Positions 35,902 to 43,663 of a stretch of 43,663 nt of DNA are shown here, piece by piece. The stretch's first letter is position 1. Every line of letters begins with the position of its first letter. A program made the position numbers and the translations under genes. A model generated the notes under the pieces. That model was not told the DNA's origin. It searched no databases and saw nothing but the letters and a program-made list of their open reading frames with translations. Origin of the DNA: an uncultured Nitrospiraceae bacterium (GTDB lineage Bacteria; Pseudomonadota; Gammaproteobacteria; Acidiferrobacterales; SPGG2); NCBI GenBank assembly GCA_964347935.1, contig CAYGAS010000066.1:1-43663 (forward strand). The letters are read 5' to 3'.

Positions 35902-37302
35902 TTGATACTGAATAGTCCTCCAAAGATAACAAGCCTTAGACGCCTTCATTTGAGTCAACTCAGCACTACGCCTCCGACCTCTGCCGCTGATTGGCACCGG
36001 CGCGCGTGGCGACTCGCCGGGCCGATCATACTCTCTAATATGTCGGTGCCGCTCGTGGGCGCCGTGGATACCGCCGTCGTCGGTCACCTCCCCGACCCCG
36101 TTTATATAGGCGCCGTTGCGCTCGGCGCCGTCATTTTCAACTTCTTGTTCTGGGGCTTCGGCTTTTTGCGCATGGGCACCACGGGCTTTGTTGCCCAGGC
36201 CTATGGCAACGGCGATGCCACCGAGATCCGCTCGACGCTGGCGCGTGGCCTGCTGCTCGCCGGGGGATTGGGGTTAGCGATCGTCATGCTGCAGATTCCC
36301 ATCGGCGCAATCGCCTTTTGGGCGTTCGAAGGTGGACGCGAGCTTGAGTCCGTCGCGGCAAGCTACTATGACATCCGTGTCTGGAGCGCCCCGGCCGCAC
36401 TGGCGAACTACGTCCTGCTCGGCTGGCTCATCGGCATCCAGAACACCCGCGCTGCATTGCTGTTACAGCTCGTCCTCAATCTTTGTAACGTCATGCTGGA
36501 CCTTGTTTTCGTGATGGGCTTCGGCTGGGGCGTGCCCGGTGTGGCCCTGGCCTCGCTGCTGAGCGAAGCTATCGCCCTCGTCGTCGGCCTGTGGGTGGTA
36601 CGCACCGATTTGCAGAGATTGGGCGGTACGTGGAACCGCGATCACATCCTCTACGGGCCGCGGGTGCGGGCCCTGTTGCACGTCAATATCAATATTTTCG
36701 TGCGCACGGTTTGCCTGATCGTGGCATTTTTCTACTTCACCGCGATGGGTACGCGCTTGGGCGAAATTACGCTCGCGGCCAATGCCGTGCTCCTGCACTT
36801 GCACTACTTTGTGTCCTACGGCCTGGATGGGTTTGCCCATGCCGCCTCGGCGCTCGCGGGCGGTGCCTATGGCGCTGGGAATCGCTGCGCGTTTCGCGCA
36901 GCCGTCAGAACAACTACCGTGTGGGCCGTAATCATCGCCGCTGTGTACACGCTGATCTATGCGATTCTGGGTCAACCCATTGTCAACCTTATTACCGGCA
37001 TCGCTACGGTGCGGGTCGCCGCGGGCGATTATCTGATATGGATGCTGGTATCACCGATCATCTCGGTGTGGAGCTATCAGCTCGACGGCATCTATGTAGG
37101 CGTCACGCGAACCGTAGAAATGCGCAATAGCATGCTGCTGTCGTTGCTTCTATACGTCGTCCTTAGCTGGGTGCTTATTCCGCTTTGGCACAACCACGGG
37201 TTGTGGTTGTCGTTCATGATCTTTATGGCTATGCGAGGCATTACGCTCGGACTGTGGTTCCCGCGTATCGAGCGTTCAATGACCTTGGGTCGTGAGGCGT
37301 GA
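35902..37302 (+). CDS. MATE-family efflux transporter (DinF-like)
   Basis: It has WRLAGPIILSNMSVPLVGAVDTAVVGHL and 12 hydrophobic segments. The start is uncertain: ATG 35902 or a downstream TTG. Confidence 0.85.
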   Translation: MILNSPPKITSLRRLHLSQLSTTPPTSAADWHRRAWRLAGPIILSNMSVPLVGAVDTAVVGHLPDPVYIGAVALGAVIFNFLFWGFGFLRMGTTGFVAQAYGNGDATEIRSTLARGLLLAGGLGLAIVMLQIPIGAIAFWAFEGGRELESVAASYYDIRVWSAPAALANYVLLGWLIGIQNTRAALLLQLVLNLCNVMLDLVFVMGFGWGVPGVALASLLSEAIALVVGLWVVRTDLQRLGGTWNRDHILYGPRVRALLHVNINIFVRTVCLIVAFFYFTAMGTRLGEITLAANAVLLHLHYFVSYGLDGFAHAASALAGGAYGAGNRCAFRAAVRTTTVWAVIIAAVYTLIYAILGQPIVNLITGIATVRVAAGDYLIWMLVSPIISVWSYQLDGIYVGVTRTVEMRNSMLLSLLLYVVLSWVLIPLWHNHGLWLSFMIFMAMRGITLGLWFPRIERSMTLGREA

Positions 37303-37386
37303 GGGATAAATACAGTGCCCAGTGGCAAGTAGCAAGTCACAAGGAACCGTTGAGGTCAGTCCTCAGTCCTATTTTTTAGAAACCGT

Positions 37387-37611
37387 CTACTGCGCTTTGA
37401 TCTCCACCGGCTGCCAGTTCCCGACTTCGGGATGCTGATCGCTGAACTCCTGCAGCTGTCTTCCCAACTCGCGCAAAATGCTACCTGGTAGTGAGACAAA
37501 CAGCTTCTGGCCCGCAGGATCGACGATTCTTAGACCAACGGCCTTATCTTCCGGATACATCACCGCCCCAATTTCATGACACGCAATAACGTAGTCGGGA
37601 TGCTCGCTCAT
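37387..37611 (-). CDS. Small hypothetical cytoplasmic protein (74 aa), no family recognised
   Basis: It has an ATG with a GAGGAG SD 6 nt upstream. There is no signal peptide or TM helix, and the composition looks normal for coding sequence. Confidence 0.45.
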   Translation of the reverse strand: MSEHPDYVIACHEIGAVMYPEDKAVGLRIVDPAGQKLFVSLPGSILRELGRQLQEFSDQHPEVGNWQPVEIKAQ

Positions 37612-37706
37612 GGGATCTCCTCTAGTAATTGCTGTTTGCGCTAGAATCGATTTTCCACCATTAGGCGGACATGGCCAAGTCGCGCCTAGCTTCTCACCCG
37701 TACCCC

Positions 37707-38063
37707 TTAACTTCGAGGGGGCCCGTGCAGGTACCTGATGATTTCGACCTTTTCTATGGTCATAAGCCCGCCCGAGCCGGCCTGTTCAAACAGGTCGTTT
37801 AACCGCAATATGAAGGGATTGATCTTCGCCTCTTCATCGACGATCTCGATAATCATGGGCAGATCGCTCGACAGATCCAGCAGCTTGGTCGTGCGAATAC
37901 GGGCAGCAGCACCAAAACCGAGCAGCCCTCGCCACACGGTGGCGCCTGCCAGACCGGCGCTACGCGCCTCGTTCACGATGACCTCATGAAGCGGGGTGTG
38001 TTTGACCTTGTCCGACTCGCCGATGAATATTCGTAGCAGTTTCGCTTCACCCACGATTTCCAT
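37707..38063 (-). CDS. DUF190 (PII-like fold) protein, commonly CrcB-associated
   Basis: It begins MEIVGEAKLLRIFIGESDKVKHTPLHEVIV...ATVWRGLLGFG. ATG 38063 has an AGGTGA SD 5 nt upstream. An alternative GTG at 38072 lies directly after the crcB stop. Confidence 0.8.
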   Translation of the reverse strand: MEIVGEAKLLRIFIGESDKVKHTPLHEVIVNEARSAGLAGATVWRGLLGFGAAARIRTTKLLDLSSDLPMIIEIVDEEAKINPFILRLNDLFEQAGSGGLMTIEKVEIIRYLHGPPRS

Positions 38064-38072
38064 GATTGTCAC

Positions 38073-38465
38073 CTAAGGTCTCGTGAATCCGCTGAACAAC
38101 AGGCTGCCAAGATAGAAACTCAACAGCGCGCCAAAGAACGTTGCCGCAAAATAGATCGACGCAAAGAATACCTCATTGTCTTTCAGCAACTGGGCCAGCT
38201 CGTAGATCATGGACGACAGGGTGGTGAAGCCACCACACAGGCCCGTTGCCAGAAACAGTCGTGCCTCGCTGGATAAGAGATCGGTATCCGCAGCAAGCTG
38301 GGCAATCGCGCCGATGAAAAAGCAGCCAAGCAAATTCGACGCAAGCGTGCCGTAGGGAAACACGAGCGAAATCTTGAGGCCGGCCAAGGTCATCAAATAA
38401 CGCAAGATAGCCCCGAGCAAGCCACCCAGCCCGACATAGACCAGAGGAATAATAAAGCTCGCCAC
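38073..38465 (-). CDS. crcB: Fluoride channel CrcB/FluC
   Basis: 130 aa with four TM helices, GGLLGAILRY and GLCGGFTTLSSM motifs. The GTG start lies 7 nt after the GH15 stop. Confidence 0.85.
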   Translation of the reverse strand: MASFIIPLVYVGLGGLLGAILRYLMTLAGLKISLVFPYGTLASNLLGCFFIGAIAQLAADTDLLSSEARLFLATGLCGGFTTLSSMIYELAQLLKDNEVFFASIYFAATFFGALLSFYLGSLLFSGFTRP

Positions 38466-38472
38466 GATGGCT

Positions 38473-40311
38473 TTATATATGGCTGCGCCCTAGAGCGCGA
38501 TCGAGATTGTAAGCAGCGCTAATCAGGCCAAGGTGCGTGAAAGCTTGAGGGAAATTCCCCAGGGCCTCGCCGCGAGGGCCGGTCTCTTCCGCATACAGTC
38601 CAAGATGATTGGCATAGCCGAGCATACGTTCATACATCAAACGCGCGTGCAGCAATCGGCGGGGATCGGTATGGCCTGCACGCGTCAACGCCTCCACGAG
38701 CCAGAACGTGCAAATGTTGAATGTCCCCTCATCACCTTCTATACCGTCTTCCGTGTGCTCAACGTTGTAGCGGTAGACCAGGCTGTTGGATACCAGGCCG
38801 CCCTTCTCCGGGGGCCGGTATATCGCATCCAGGGTTTTCAGCATCCGTCGGTCGTTAGGGGAAAGGAAGAACACCAGCGGCATCATGAGGTTCGCAGCAT
38901 CGAGGGCCTCGCTGCCGTAATGCTGTACAAACGCACCGCGCGGGCTGCTCCATCCCTTGTTCATGATCTCCTCGTATATCTGGTCGCGGGTCAACGACCA
39001 GCGTCCGCGATCCGCCGGAAAGGAGCGCTTGTCCGCCAGACGCAGCGCCCGATCGACCGCTACCCAGGTCATCAGCTTTGAGTATACGAAGTGCTTGGGA
39101 TACCCGCGCACTTCCCAGATCCCTTCGTCCTCACGCTGCCAGTTGTCGCACACCCAGTTGACGATCCTGCGCAACTCATGCCACAGATCGTAGGAGATCG
39201 GGCTTCTATACTTGTTTGACAAATAGACGGCGTCCATCAGCTCGCCGTAGATGTCTAACTGCAACTGATTATGGGCGCCGTTACCGATGCGCACCGGGCG
39301 CGAACCCTTATAACCGTCCAGATGATCGAGCGTCTCCTCTGCAAGCTCGTGATTTCCGTCGATGCCATACATGATCTGCAGCGAGCCATCGGGCTCGAGC
39401 TCGTGGCAACGCGCCTCGATCCAATCCATGAACCTGCCCGCCTCTTCGGTAAAACCGACACGCATCAGCCCATACACGGTGAACGCGGCATCCCGAATCC
39501 AGGTATAGCGGTAATCCCAGTTCCGCTTACCGCCAATGCCTTCCGGCAGACTGCAGGTGGGTGCCGCAATAATCGCGCCCGTGGGCTCATAGGTAAGCAG
39601 TTTCAACACCAGCGCCGAGCGCTCGACCATCTCGCGCCAGCGACCCCGATAGGTCGAATGCGATAGCCAGCGGTTCCAATAATCTACCGTGTCCTTGAAT
39701 AGTTCCCGGGATTCGGCCTCCGGCAGAAAAGATCCGCAGCTCTCGCCGGCCTCGATCTGGCTGATGACGAAGCGCGTAGTCTGGCCTTCGTCCAGCGTAA
39801 ACTCGCTGCACACGCCGTCGGCGGCTTGTGTCAGGGGCACGGACGAGGTCAACGCGAGACTCAGCGCCGGCGAGTGAAAGGCGGCACCTCTTGAGCTTAC
39901 AACCGTACGGTGTCGGTCGCGGGCGTAGTTAAAGGCTGGCCGGCATTCGACGCGAAACTTCATCGTGCCGCGCACGACAGCGACGCGGCGTATGAGTCGG
40001 TTCTGACCGTCGTTCGCAGCATGTTGTCCGACGGGCATGTAATCCGTAATCTCCCCCACGCCACCGGTGCACAAGAAACGCGTAATGAGCACATTCGTCC
40101 CTGGCCAGTAGAGCTGCTTGTGCACTACGTCATCGTCGACAGGCGCGATCTTGAAATAGCCGCCTTTCTTGTCATCGAGAATGGAAGCAAAAACGCTGGG
40201 GGAGTCGAAGCGAGGAAAACAGAACCAGTCGATCGACCCGTCAAGGCCGACGAGCGCGGCCGTGCGCATGTTGCCGATGATTCCGTAGTGCTCGATGGCT
40301 TGATAGGCCAT
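38473..40311 (-). CDS. Glycoside hydrolase family 15 (glucoamylase / trehalase-type)
   Basis: 612 aa, cytoplasmic. It has the N-terminus [35 protein letters not shown] and, in the catalytic domain, [15 protein letters not shown]. Confidence 0.9.
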   Translation of the reverse strand: MAYQAIEHYGIIGNMRTAALVGLDGSIDWFCFPRFDSPSVFASILDDKKGGYFKIAPVDDDVVHKQLYWPGTNVLITRFLCTGGVGEITDYMPVGQHAANDGQNRLIRRVAVVRGTMKFRVECRPAFNYARDRHRTVVSSRGAAFHSPALSLALTSSVPLTQAADGVCSEFTLDEGQTTRFVISQIEAGESCGSFLPEAESRELFKDTVDYWNRWLSHSTYRGRWREMVERSALVLKLLTYEPTGAIIAAPTCSLPEGIGGKRNWDYRYTWIRDAAFTVYGLMRVGFTEEAGRFMDWIEARCHELEPDGSLQIMYGIDGNHELAEETLDHLDGYKGSRPVRIGNGAHNQLQLDIYGELMDAVYLSNKYRSPISYDLWHELRRIVNWVCDNWQREDEGIWEVRGYPKHFVYSKLMTWVAVDRALRLADKRSFPADRGRWSLTRDQIYEEIMNKGWSSPRGAFVQHYGSEALDAANLMMPLVFFLSPNDRRMLKTLDAIYRPPEKGGLVSNSLVYRYNVEHTEDGIEGDEGTFNICTFWLVEALTRAGHTDPRRLLHARLMYERMLGYANHLGLYAEETGPRGEALGNFPQAFTHLGLISAAYNLDRALGRSHI

Positions 40312-40341
40312 GAAACGCTATGCCACAGTGATGTTGCGCTG

Positions 40342-40920
40342 TCAGTAGCCGCTGCCTTTCGACTGCGGTTGGGAAGTGCCCGCACGCTGCTTCGGTGGAA
40401 ATTTCTTGAACATCTTCGCGACCACTTTATTGATCAACTTCGCAATCTTCTGCGGGTTCTCGCTCAGCGTCTTTGTCGCAACCCCGCGCCATACGAGCTC
40501 GTTGGAGCCGGCATCCACCAGATCGACCATCAGCGTGCCGGTCTTTATATCGTACACATTCACGGTTGTCGGACCCCAGCGATTCCAACCGCCCCACCCG
40601 TAGCCTGCGTAGCCCACGTTATTGACGTTAACGACTTGTTCCGTCTTGCCTGAGGCATAAGTGATAACATAAAGATCGGGCGCGCCTTCCTTCTTGATAA
40701 AGCCCTTGGCCTCCAGCTGGCCTTCAACCGCGTTCTCAATGCGTTTCTGCATAAGTGAATCCTTAGTGGGCGTGCCTGCGCGCCACGCGTAAGTCTTGTA
40801 TCTCGCGAAATCTATGGTCTCGTCAAAATCCACGTCCACGCGTGCCAGGGCAGTCGTCGAAAACACCAACGCCACCGTCAATCCGGCCAAGCACCGCCCA
40901 AACTGATTCAATTTCATCAT
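40342..40920 (-). CDS. DUF4136-family secreted protein or lipoprotein
   Basis: It has a signal peptide, DFDETIDFARYKTYAW near the mature N-terminus and the GTLMVDLVDAGSNELVWRG block. Confidence 0.8.
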   Translation of the reverse strand: MMKLNQFGRCLAGLTVALVFSTTALARVDVDFDETIDFARYKTYAWRAGTPTKDSLMQKRIENAVEGQLEAKGFIKKEGAPDLYVITYASGKTEQVVNVNNVGYAGYGWGGWNRWGPTTVNVYDIKTGTLMVDLVDAGSNELVWRGVATKTLSENPQKIAKLINKVVAKMFKKFPPKQRAGTSQPQSKGSGY

Positions 40921-40929
40921 CTTTCTCCC

Positions 40930-40944
40930 GTAAAAATGTTTTAC
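40930..40944. promoter_or_regulatory. AT-rich 15-bp palindrome abutting the RBS of the downstream DUF4136 gene (candidate operator or weak hairpin)
   Basis: GTAAAA-ATG-TTTTAC has 6/6 symmetric arms. It lies directly upstream (minus sense) of the GGGAGAAAG SD and ATG 40920. Confidence 0.3.
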
Positions 40945-40972
40945 TCAGCACTCGTGTCTCGGCTGCGAACAT

Positions 40973-41512
40973 CTATTTCCTTGCTTCGACCGGGAAACGC
41001 TTGAAAATCTTACGCATCACGCTGTCGACCACCCTGTCAGTACGTGCGGGCTTGCCTCTTAGATACTCGATGGCGAAACCGCGCCATACCCGTTCCTTCG
41101 ACTCCGCGTCGAGCAGGTTAATGGTGACCGTGCCAACTGGCAAGTAATAGACTTGCGTTGTAGGCGGGTACACTCCTTCCCAACGGCGCCAGTAAAACCC
41201 AGAGTATCCGAGCTCGTCGAGATTGACCACGGGTTGGCGCCAGGTAGTCGTGTGTGTCGTCACATAGACGTCAGGCAAGTTGCCTGTCTTGCGCAGGCCG
41301 CGCGAAGCTAGCTCCTGCTCCACTGCGTCTTGGAGCCTGGTCTGCATTTGCGGATCCGGGGCAGACACGCCTTTGGCCCACGCATAAGTCTTGTACCGGC
41401 GGAAATCGGTGCGCTTGTCATAATCCACGCCGACGCTTGCCATGCCCGAGCACGAAAACACCAGCCCGAGCAAGGCCGCGACCGGTCGTAATACCGCCTT
41501 TGCACTAGTCAT
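40973..41512 (-). CDS. DUF4136-family lipoprotein, second paralogue
   Basis: It has a signal peptide with a Cys (LGLVFSCSG), VDYDKRTDFRRYKTYAW and GTVTINLLDAESKERVWRG. A strong AGGAGGAG SD is present. Confidence 0.8.
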   Translation of the reverse strand: MTSAKAVLRPVAALLGLVFSCSGMASVGVDYDKRTDFRRYKTYAWAKGVSAPDPQMQTRLQDAVEQELASRGLRKTGNLPDVYVTTHTTTWRQPVVNLDELGYSGFYWRRWEGVYPPTTQVYYLPVGTVTINLLDAESKERVWRGFAIEYLRGKPARTDRVVDSVMRKIFKRFPVEARK

Positions 41513-41546
41513 CCTCTCCTCCTGTGTCGTTTCTATTTGTCTCGCG

Positions 41547-41552
41547 ATTATA
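41547..41552 (-). promoter_or_regulatory. Candidate -10 element (TATAAT) for the DUF4136-GH15-crcB transcription unit
   Basis: A perfect TATAAT on the minus strand lies 34 nt upstream of ATG 41512. No convincing -35 element was seen. Confidence 0.3.
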
Positions 41553-41612
41553 GCGCGGATCTGTTTACATCACGTCTCGGCGATAGCCAGCGTGCGATGT
41601 CCCCCCACTCAC

Positions 41613-42521
41613 CTATCGAAAGACGGCTTCCAAGTTCTCGACGTTCCGGCGCATGACGACGATGAAATCACCGCTCGCCGGTACATTAGCGACAGGATCA
41701 AAAACGAAACTGCTGAGACCCATCGCTTGCAACCTTCTGACCGAGTCATATCCGGGCTGGCCTTCCCATATCATCCACCTGGCAGGGTGGTGCTTAAGAA
41801 GCGTTTCAAGCTCTGACCACTGCTTCGATGTCGGCGATTTCTCAGGCTCCCACAAAACGCTACGTATGTTAAGACCGTAGCGCCTGGCAAAGTAGTCATA
41901 GACCGGATGTGAACCGACAAGCGGTTGCGTACGCTTCTTTGCGACGATTTCATCGATGCGGCGATCCAGCGCCAACAGGTCCGCTTCCAACGCAGAGAAA
42001 TTGACGTCGAATTGCTGTTTCTTTTCGGGCATCAATCCTACGAGCGCATTCCGTATCGCCTCGGCCTGCCGAATGGCCTGTTTGAGGTCAATCCAGGTCG
42101 TAAAAGCGAATCCTGCATGCGCATGCGCGCCTGTCGGACCGTGAGTGTGGCTGGTGAGGTTGTTTACGCGTATGTACTGTTCTTTGAATGACTGTGATGT
42201 GTTAACCAGCTTCCTTCGCGGTAGTGATACTTTATTGAGCCACTTGCTGTAGGTCGCACCGTTTAGCAGAATCAGATCCGCCGCTTGAAAGGCGAGCACA
42301 CCTTCTGGTTCTGGGCTCCAGAACGACGGATCCACGTTCGCCGGTATGGGAAAAACGACCTTGATCTGATCGCCGGCAATGCGTTCAGCGAAGTATTTCA
42401 GTGGATAGTTGACAACAGCGATGCTGAGCTCGCCGTCTTTGGAAACAGCACCAGCATTCAGCGGGACAGCAACAACTGAAATCAAGCACAGAACAAATAC
42501 AAAGACCCCAGACTTATTCAC
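41613..42521 (-). CDS. ZnuA/TroA-family (cluster A-I) metal-binding periplasmic protein
   Basis: It has a signal peptide, a His-rich loop (HTHGPTGAHAHAG) and the typical VVNYPL...ADLILLNG...GSHPVYDYFARRYGL pattern. Its GTG start overlaps the permease stop (GTGA). Confidence 0.85.
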   Translation of the reverse strand: MNKSGVFVFVLCLISVVAVPLNAGAVSKDGELSIAVVNYPLKYFAERIAGDQIKVVFPIPANVDPSFWSPEPEGVLAFQAADLILLNGATYSKWLNKVSLPRRKLVNTSQSFKEQYIRVNNLTSHTHGPTGAHAHAGFAFTTWIDLKQAIRQAEAIRNALVGLMPEKKQQFDVNFSALEADLLALDRRIDEIVAKKRTQPLVGSHPVYDYFARRYGLNIRSVLWEPEKSPTSKQWSELETLLKHHPARWMIWEGQPGYDSVRRLQAMGLSSFVFDPVANVPASGDFIVVMRRNVENLEAVFR

Positions 42522-43663
42522 TTGATAAAAGCCATCCGAACCAGATCATTACTAAAATGATTGACCCCCAAAATCATTAACGCACACAGCACCGCGCTAG
42601 ACACGATTATGATAAAGATCTCCGCACCCATTAGCCTCGCAATGGTCATGCGACTGCAACCCAGCTTGAAGATCGTTTGAATCTCGCGCTGACGCAGTCT
42701 TAGCGACAGCGCGAAAACCAATACGATCGCGAGAAGCGTGGCCAAGCCCACGAGAAAGATCACCCCATCGATCACGTCCTTTATCCGAAATATGCTTTGT
42801 AGCAGTCCGTCGATAACTTCGGCCGGTTTGATGACCTGATTTGTCTCACCATCAGAAATATAACGCCCGCGCAGGATGGTGCCAGACTTGGTGTCCTTGG
42901 GTATCGCAATCACCGCAGTAATTCGGTATTTTGAGTTATCGCCGTGAAAATGAAATGAACCCAAATTAAGCTTGCTGATCTCCGTGTAGATTTGAAGCTT
43001 GGCGTTTGCCGTGACATTGTTGTCGGTGCGCTTGAGGATCACACTTGCATCCTCACTCCTTACGAGGTCTTGATGTCCGTGCCCTAGACCTTCAATGATC
43101 CAGGCGGTCTTGATATCGACAAACACTGCCAAGTCATCAGGGCTGTGCGATTTTTTCAAGACACCAGCCACATTCATTTTTAGAGGATACACCCCTGCCA
43201 GATCGAACAGGTTTTCCGGTGAGGAAACGAGGGCATCACCGGGCTCGAGACCCAATCGTTCTGCCACGGCCGTACCCAAGACCGCGTCGCCTACAATGGC
43301 GAGCGGCCGGCCTGCCGCCATTTGCAGACCGCGAAAGTCAAAATAATCCAAGGTCGTGCCGACGATAGGATAATCGCGCGCACGAAAACGGGCGTAGACG
43401 GGTATCGGGAAAGCCAGACCCGATTCTTCCACGCGCTCGGCGTCCGCCATCGTTATGGCCTCGGGGACCTCATCACCGAAATAAAGCGTGTTCATCACCA
43501 GATCGAGCGCGCTGCCTTTAGCGCCCACCAGCAGCGGCGTGGAGACGGCGCGAGACATGAGCTGGCGTTCGCTTTCCGCGAGTAGCAATTGAAGAGCAAG
43601 CGGCAGGAAGGCGATCAGCGTGATGCAAGCGATCAGCGTCGCTGTCTTGACCTTATTGAAGCG
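42518..43663 (-). CDS. FtsX/MacB-type ABC transporter permease (N-terminus lies outside the window)
   Basis: The frame is open to the window edge (…RFNKVKTATLIACITLIAFLPLALQ = TM1). It has a ~230-aa periplasmic domain and a C-terminal FtsX three-TM bundle (IFLVGLATLLAIVLVFALSLRLRQREIQTIFKLGCSR...). Confidence 0.8.
   Translation of the reverse strand, partial: RFNKVKTATLIACITLIAFLPLALQLLLAESERQLMSRAVSTPLLVGAKGSALDLVMNTLYFGDEVPEAITMADAERVEESGLAFPIPVYARFRARDYPIVGTTLDYFDFRGLQMAAGRPLAIVGDAVLGTAVAERLGLEPGDALVSSPENLFDLAGVYPLKMNVAGVLKKSHSPDDLAVFVDIKTAWIIEGLGHGHQDLVRSEDASVILKRTDNNVTANAKLQIYTEISKLNLGSFHFHGDNSKYRITAVIAIPKDTKSGTILRGRYISDGETNQVIKPAEVIDGLLQSIFRIKDVIDGVIFLVGLATLLAIVLVFALSLRLRQREIQTIFKLGCSRMTIARLMGAEIFIIIVSSAVLCALMILGVNHFSNDLVRMAFIK

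Noticed and set aside
35593-36087. A 165-codon N-terminal extension of the second tandem MscS ORF. Similar extensions occur at 33392-33562, 12485-12544, 22952-23080, 23923-24231 and 21682-21774.
   Set aside because: The extensions lack hydrophobic or domain content. They overlap a divergent gene or its promoter region. In each case an internal start with an SD sequence precedes the recognisable signal peptide or domain.
37340-37380. A possible terminator after the MATE gene (TGAGG-TCAGT-CCTCA followed by a T6 run).
   Set aside because: The stem is only 5 bp and the T-run starts 7 nt after it. A tandem TCAGTCC TCAGTCC repeat explains the apparent symmetry. The evidence is too weak to call.
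40930-40944. The AT-rich palindrome considered as a Zur or Fur box.
   Set aside because: Only a loose resemblance (AAAACATTTTT) to the Zur/Fur consensus sequences I remember. It is kept as a generic candidate operator only.
38466-41612. A search for a fluoride riboswitch upstream of crcB or of the genes preceding it.
   Set aside because: No GGCGATG / CTGATG / CCTAC-type arrangement was found by eye on the minus sense. This is reported as an absence in a finding, not as a feature. A covariance-model scan is needed for certainty.
1-43663. Mobile elements, CRISPR arrays, tRNA/rRNA genes, toxin-antitoxin pairs and known defence systems.
   Set aside because: I saw no transposase, integrase or recombinase-like ORF, no regularly spaced direct repeats, no tRNA-like cloverleaf candidates in the intergenic gaps, and no nuclease, ATPase or reverse-transcriptase defence hallmarks. 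The only hints of past rearrangement are the sulfatase relic and its AT-richer flanks.

Overview
This is a GC-rich, densely coding chromosomal segment that looks like an uncultured marine or sediment gammaproteobacterium. That taxonomic guess rests on gene content only and has low confidence. I can support about 38 protein genes. I found no rRNA, tRNA, CRISPR array, transposase, integrase, phage gene or recognisable defence gene.

Gene order, left to right:
- 3' end of glpD.
- A six-gene + strand operon: ALDH, Fe-ADH, TerB-like protein, ACC-deaminase/D-Cys-desulfhydrase-family PLP enzyme, and a split ComD/ComE-like ThDP decarboxylase.
- A secreted beta-helix/DUF11 protein with a Cys-rich [10 protein letters not shown] tail.
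- A second ALDH and a YVTN beta-propeller.
- An MscS channel.
- A membrane-anchored octaheme cytochrome c fused to HEAT/TPR repeats.
- A five-gene envelope operon: PpiC-like chaperone, HupE/UreJ-like permease, two DUF3604 paralogues and a small helical periplasmic protein.
- A DMT transporter and a tandem-domain Usp.
- A translationally coupled RidA / EctD-like dioxygenase / divergent SHMT trio.
- A sulfatase flanked by AT-richer DNA, with a relic of a second sulfatase 3' end.
- A Nudix hydrolase and a HAD hydrolase.
- Two tandem large MscS-like channels.
- A MATE exporter.
- A long - strand array: FtsX/MacB-type permease, ZnuA-like SBP, two DUF4136 proteins, GH15, CrcB, DUF190 and a small orphan ORF.

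The best candidates for undescribed biology are:
1. The DUF3604/HupE/PPIase envelope operon, together with the neighbouring octaheme-TPR protein.
2. The RidA/hydroxylase/atypical-SHMT module.
3. The PLP-lyase plus split ThDP-decarboxylase plus ADH/ALDH operon.
4. The FtsX-type permease coupled to a ZnuA-type binding protein.

All functional calls come from motif recognition by eye. No searches were run.
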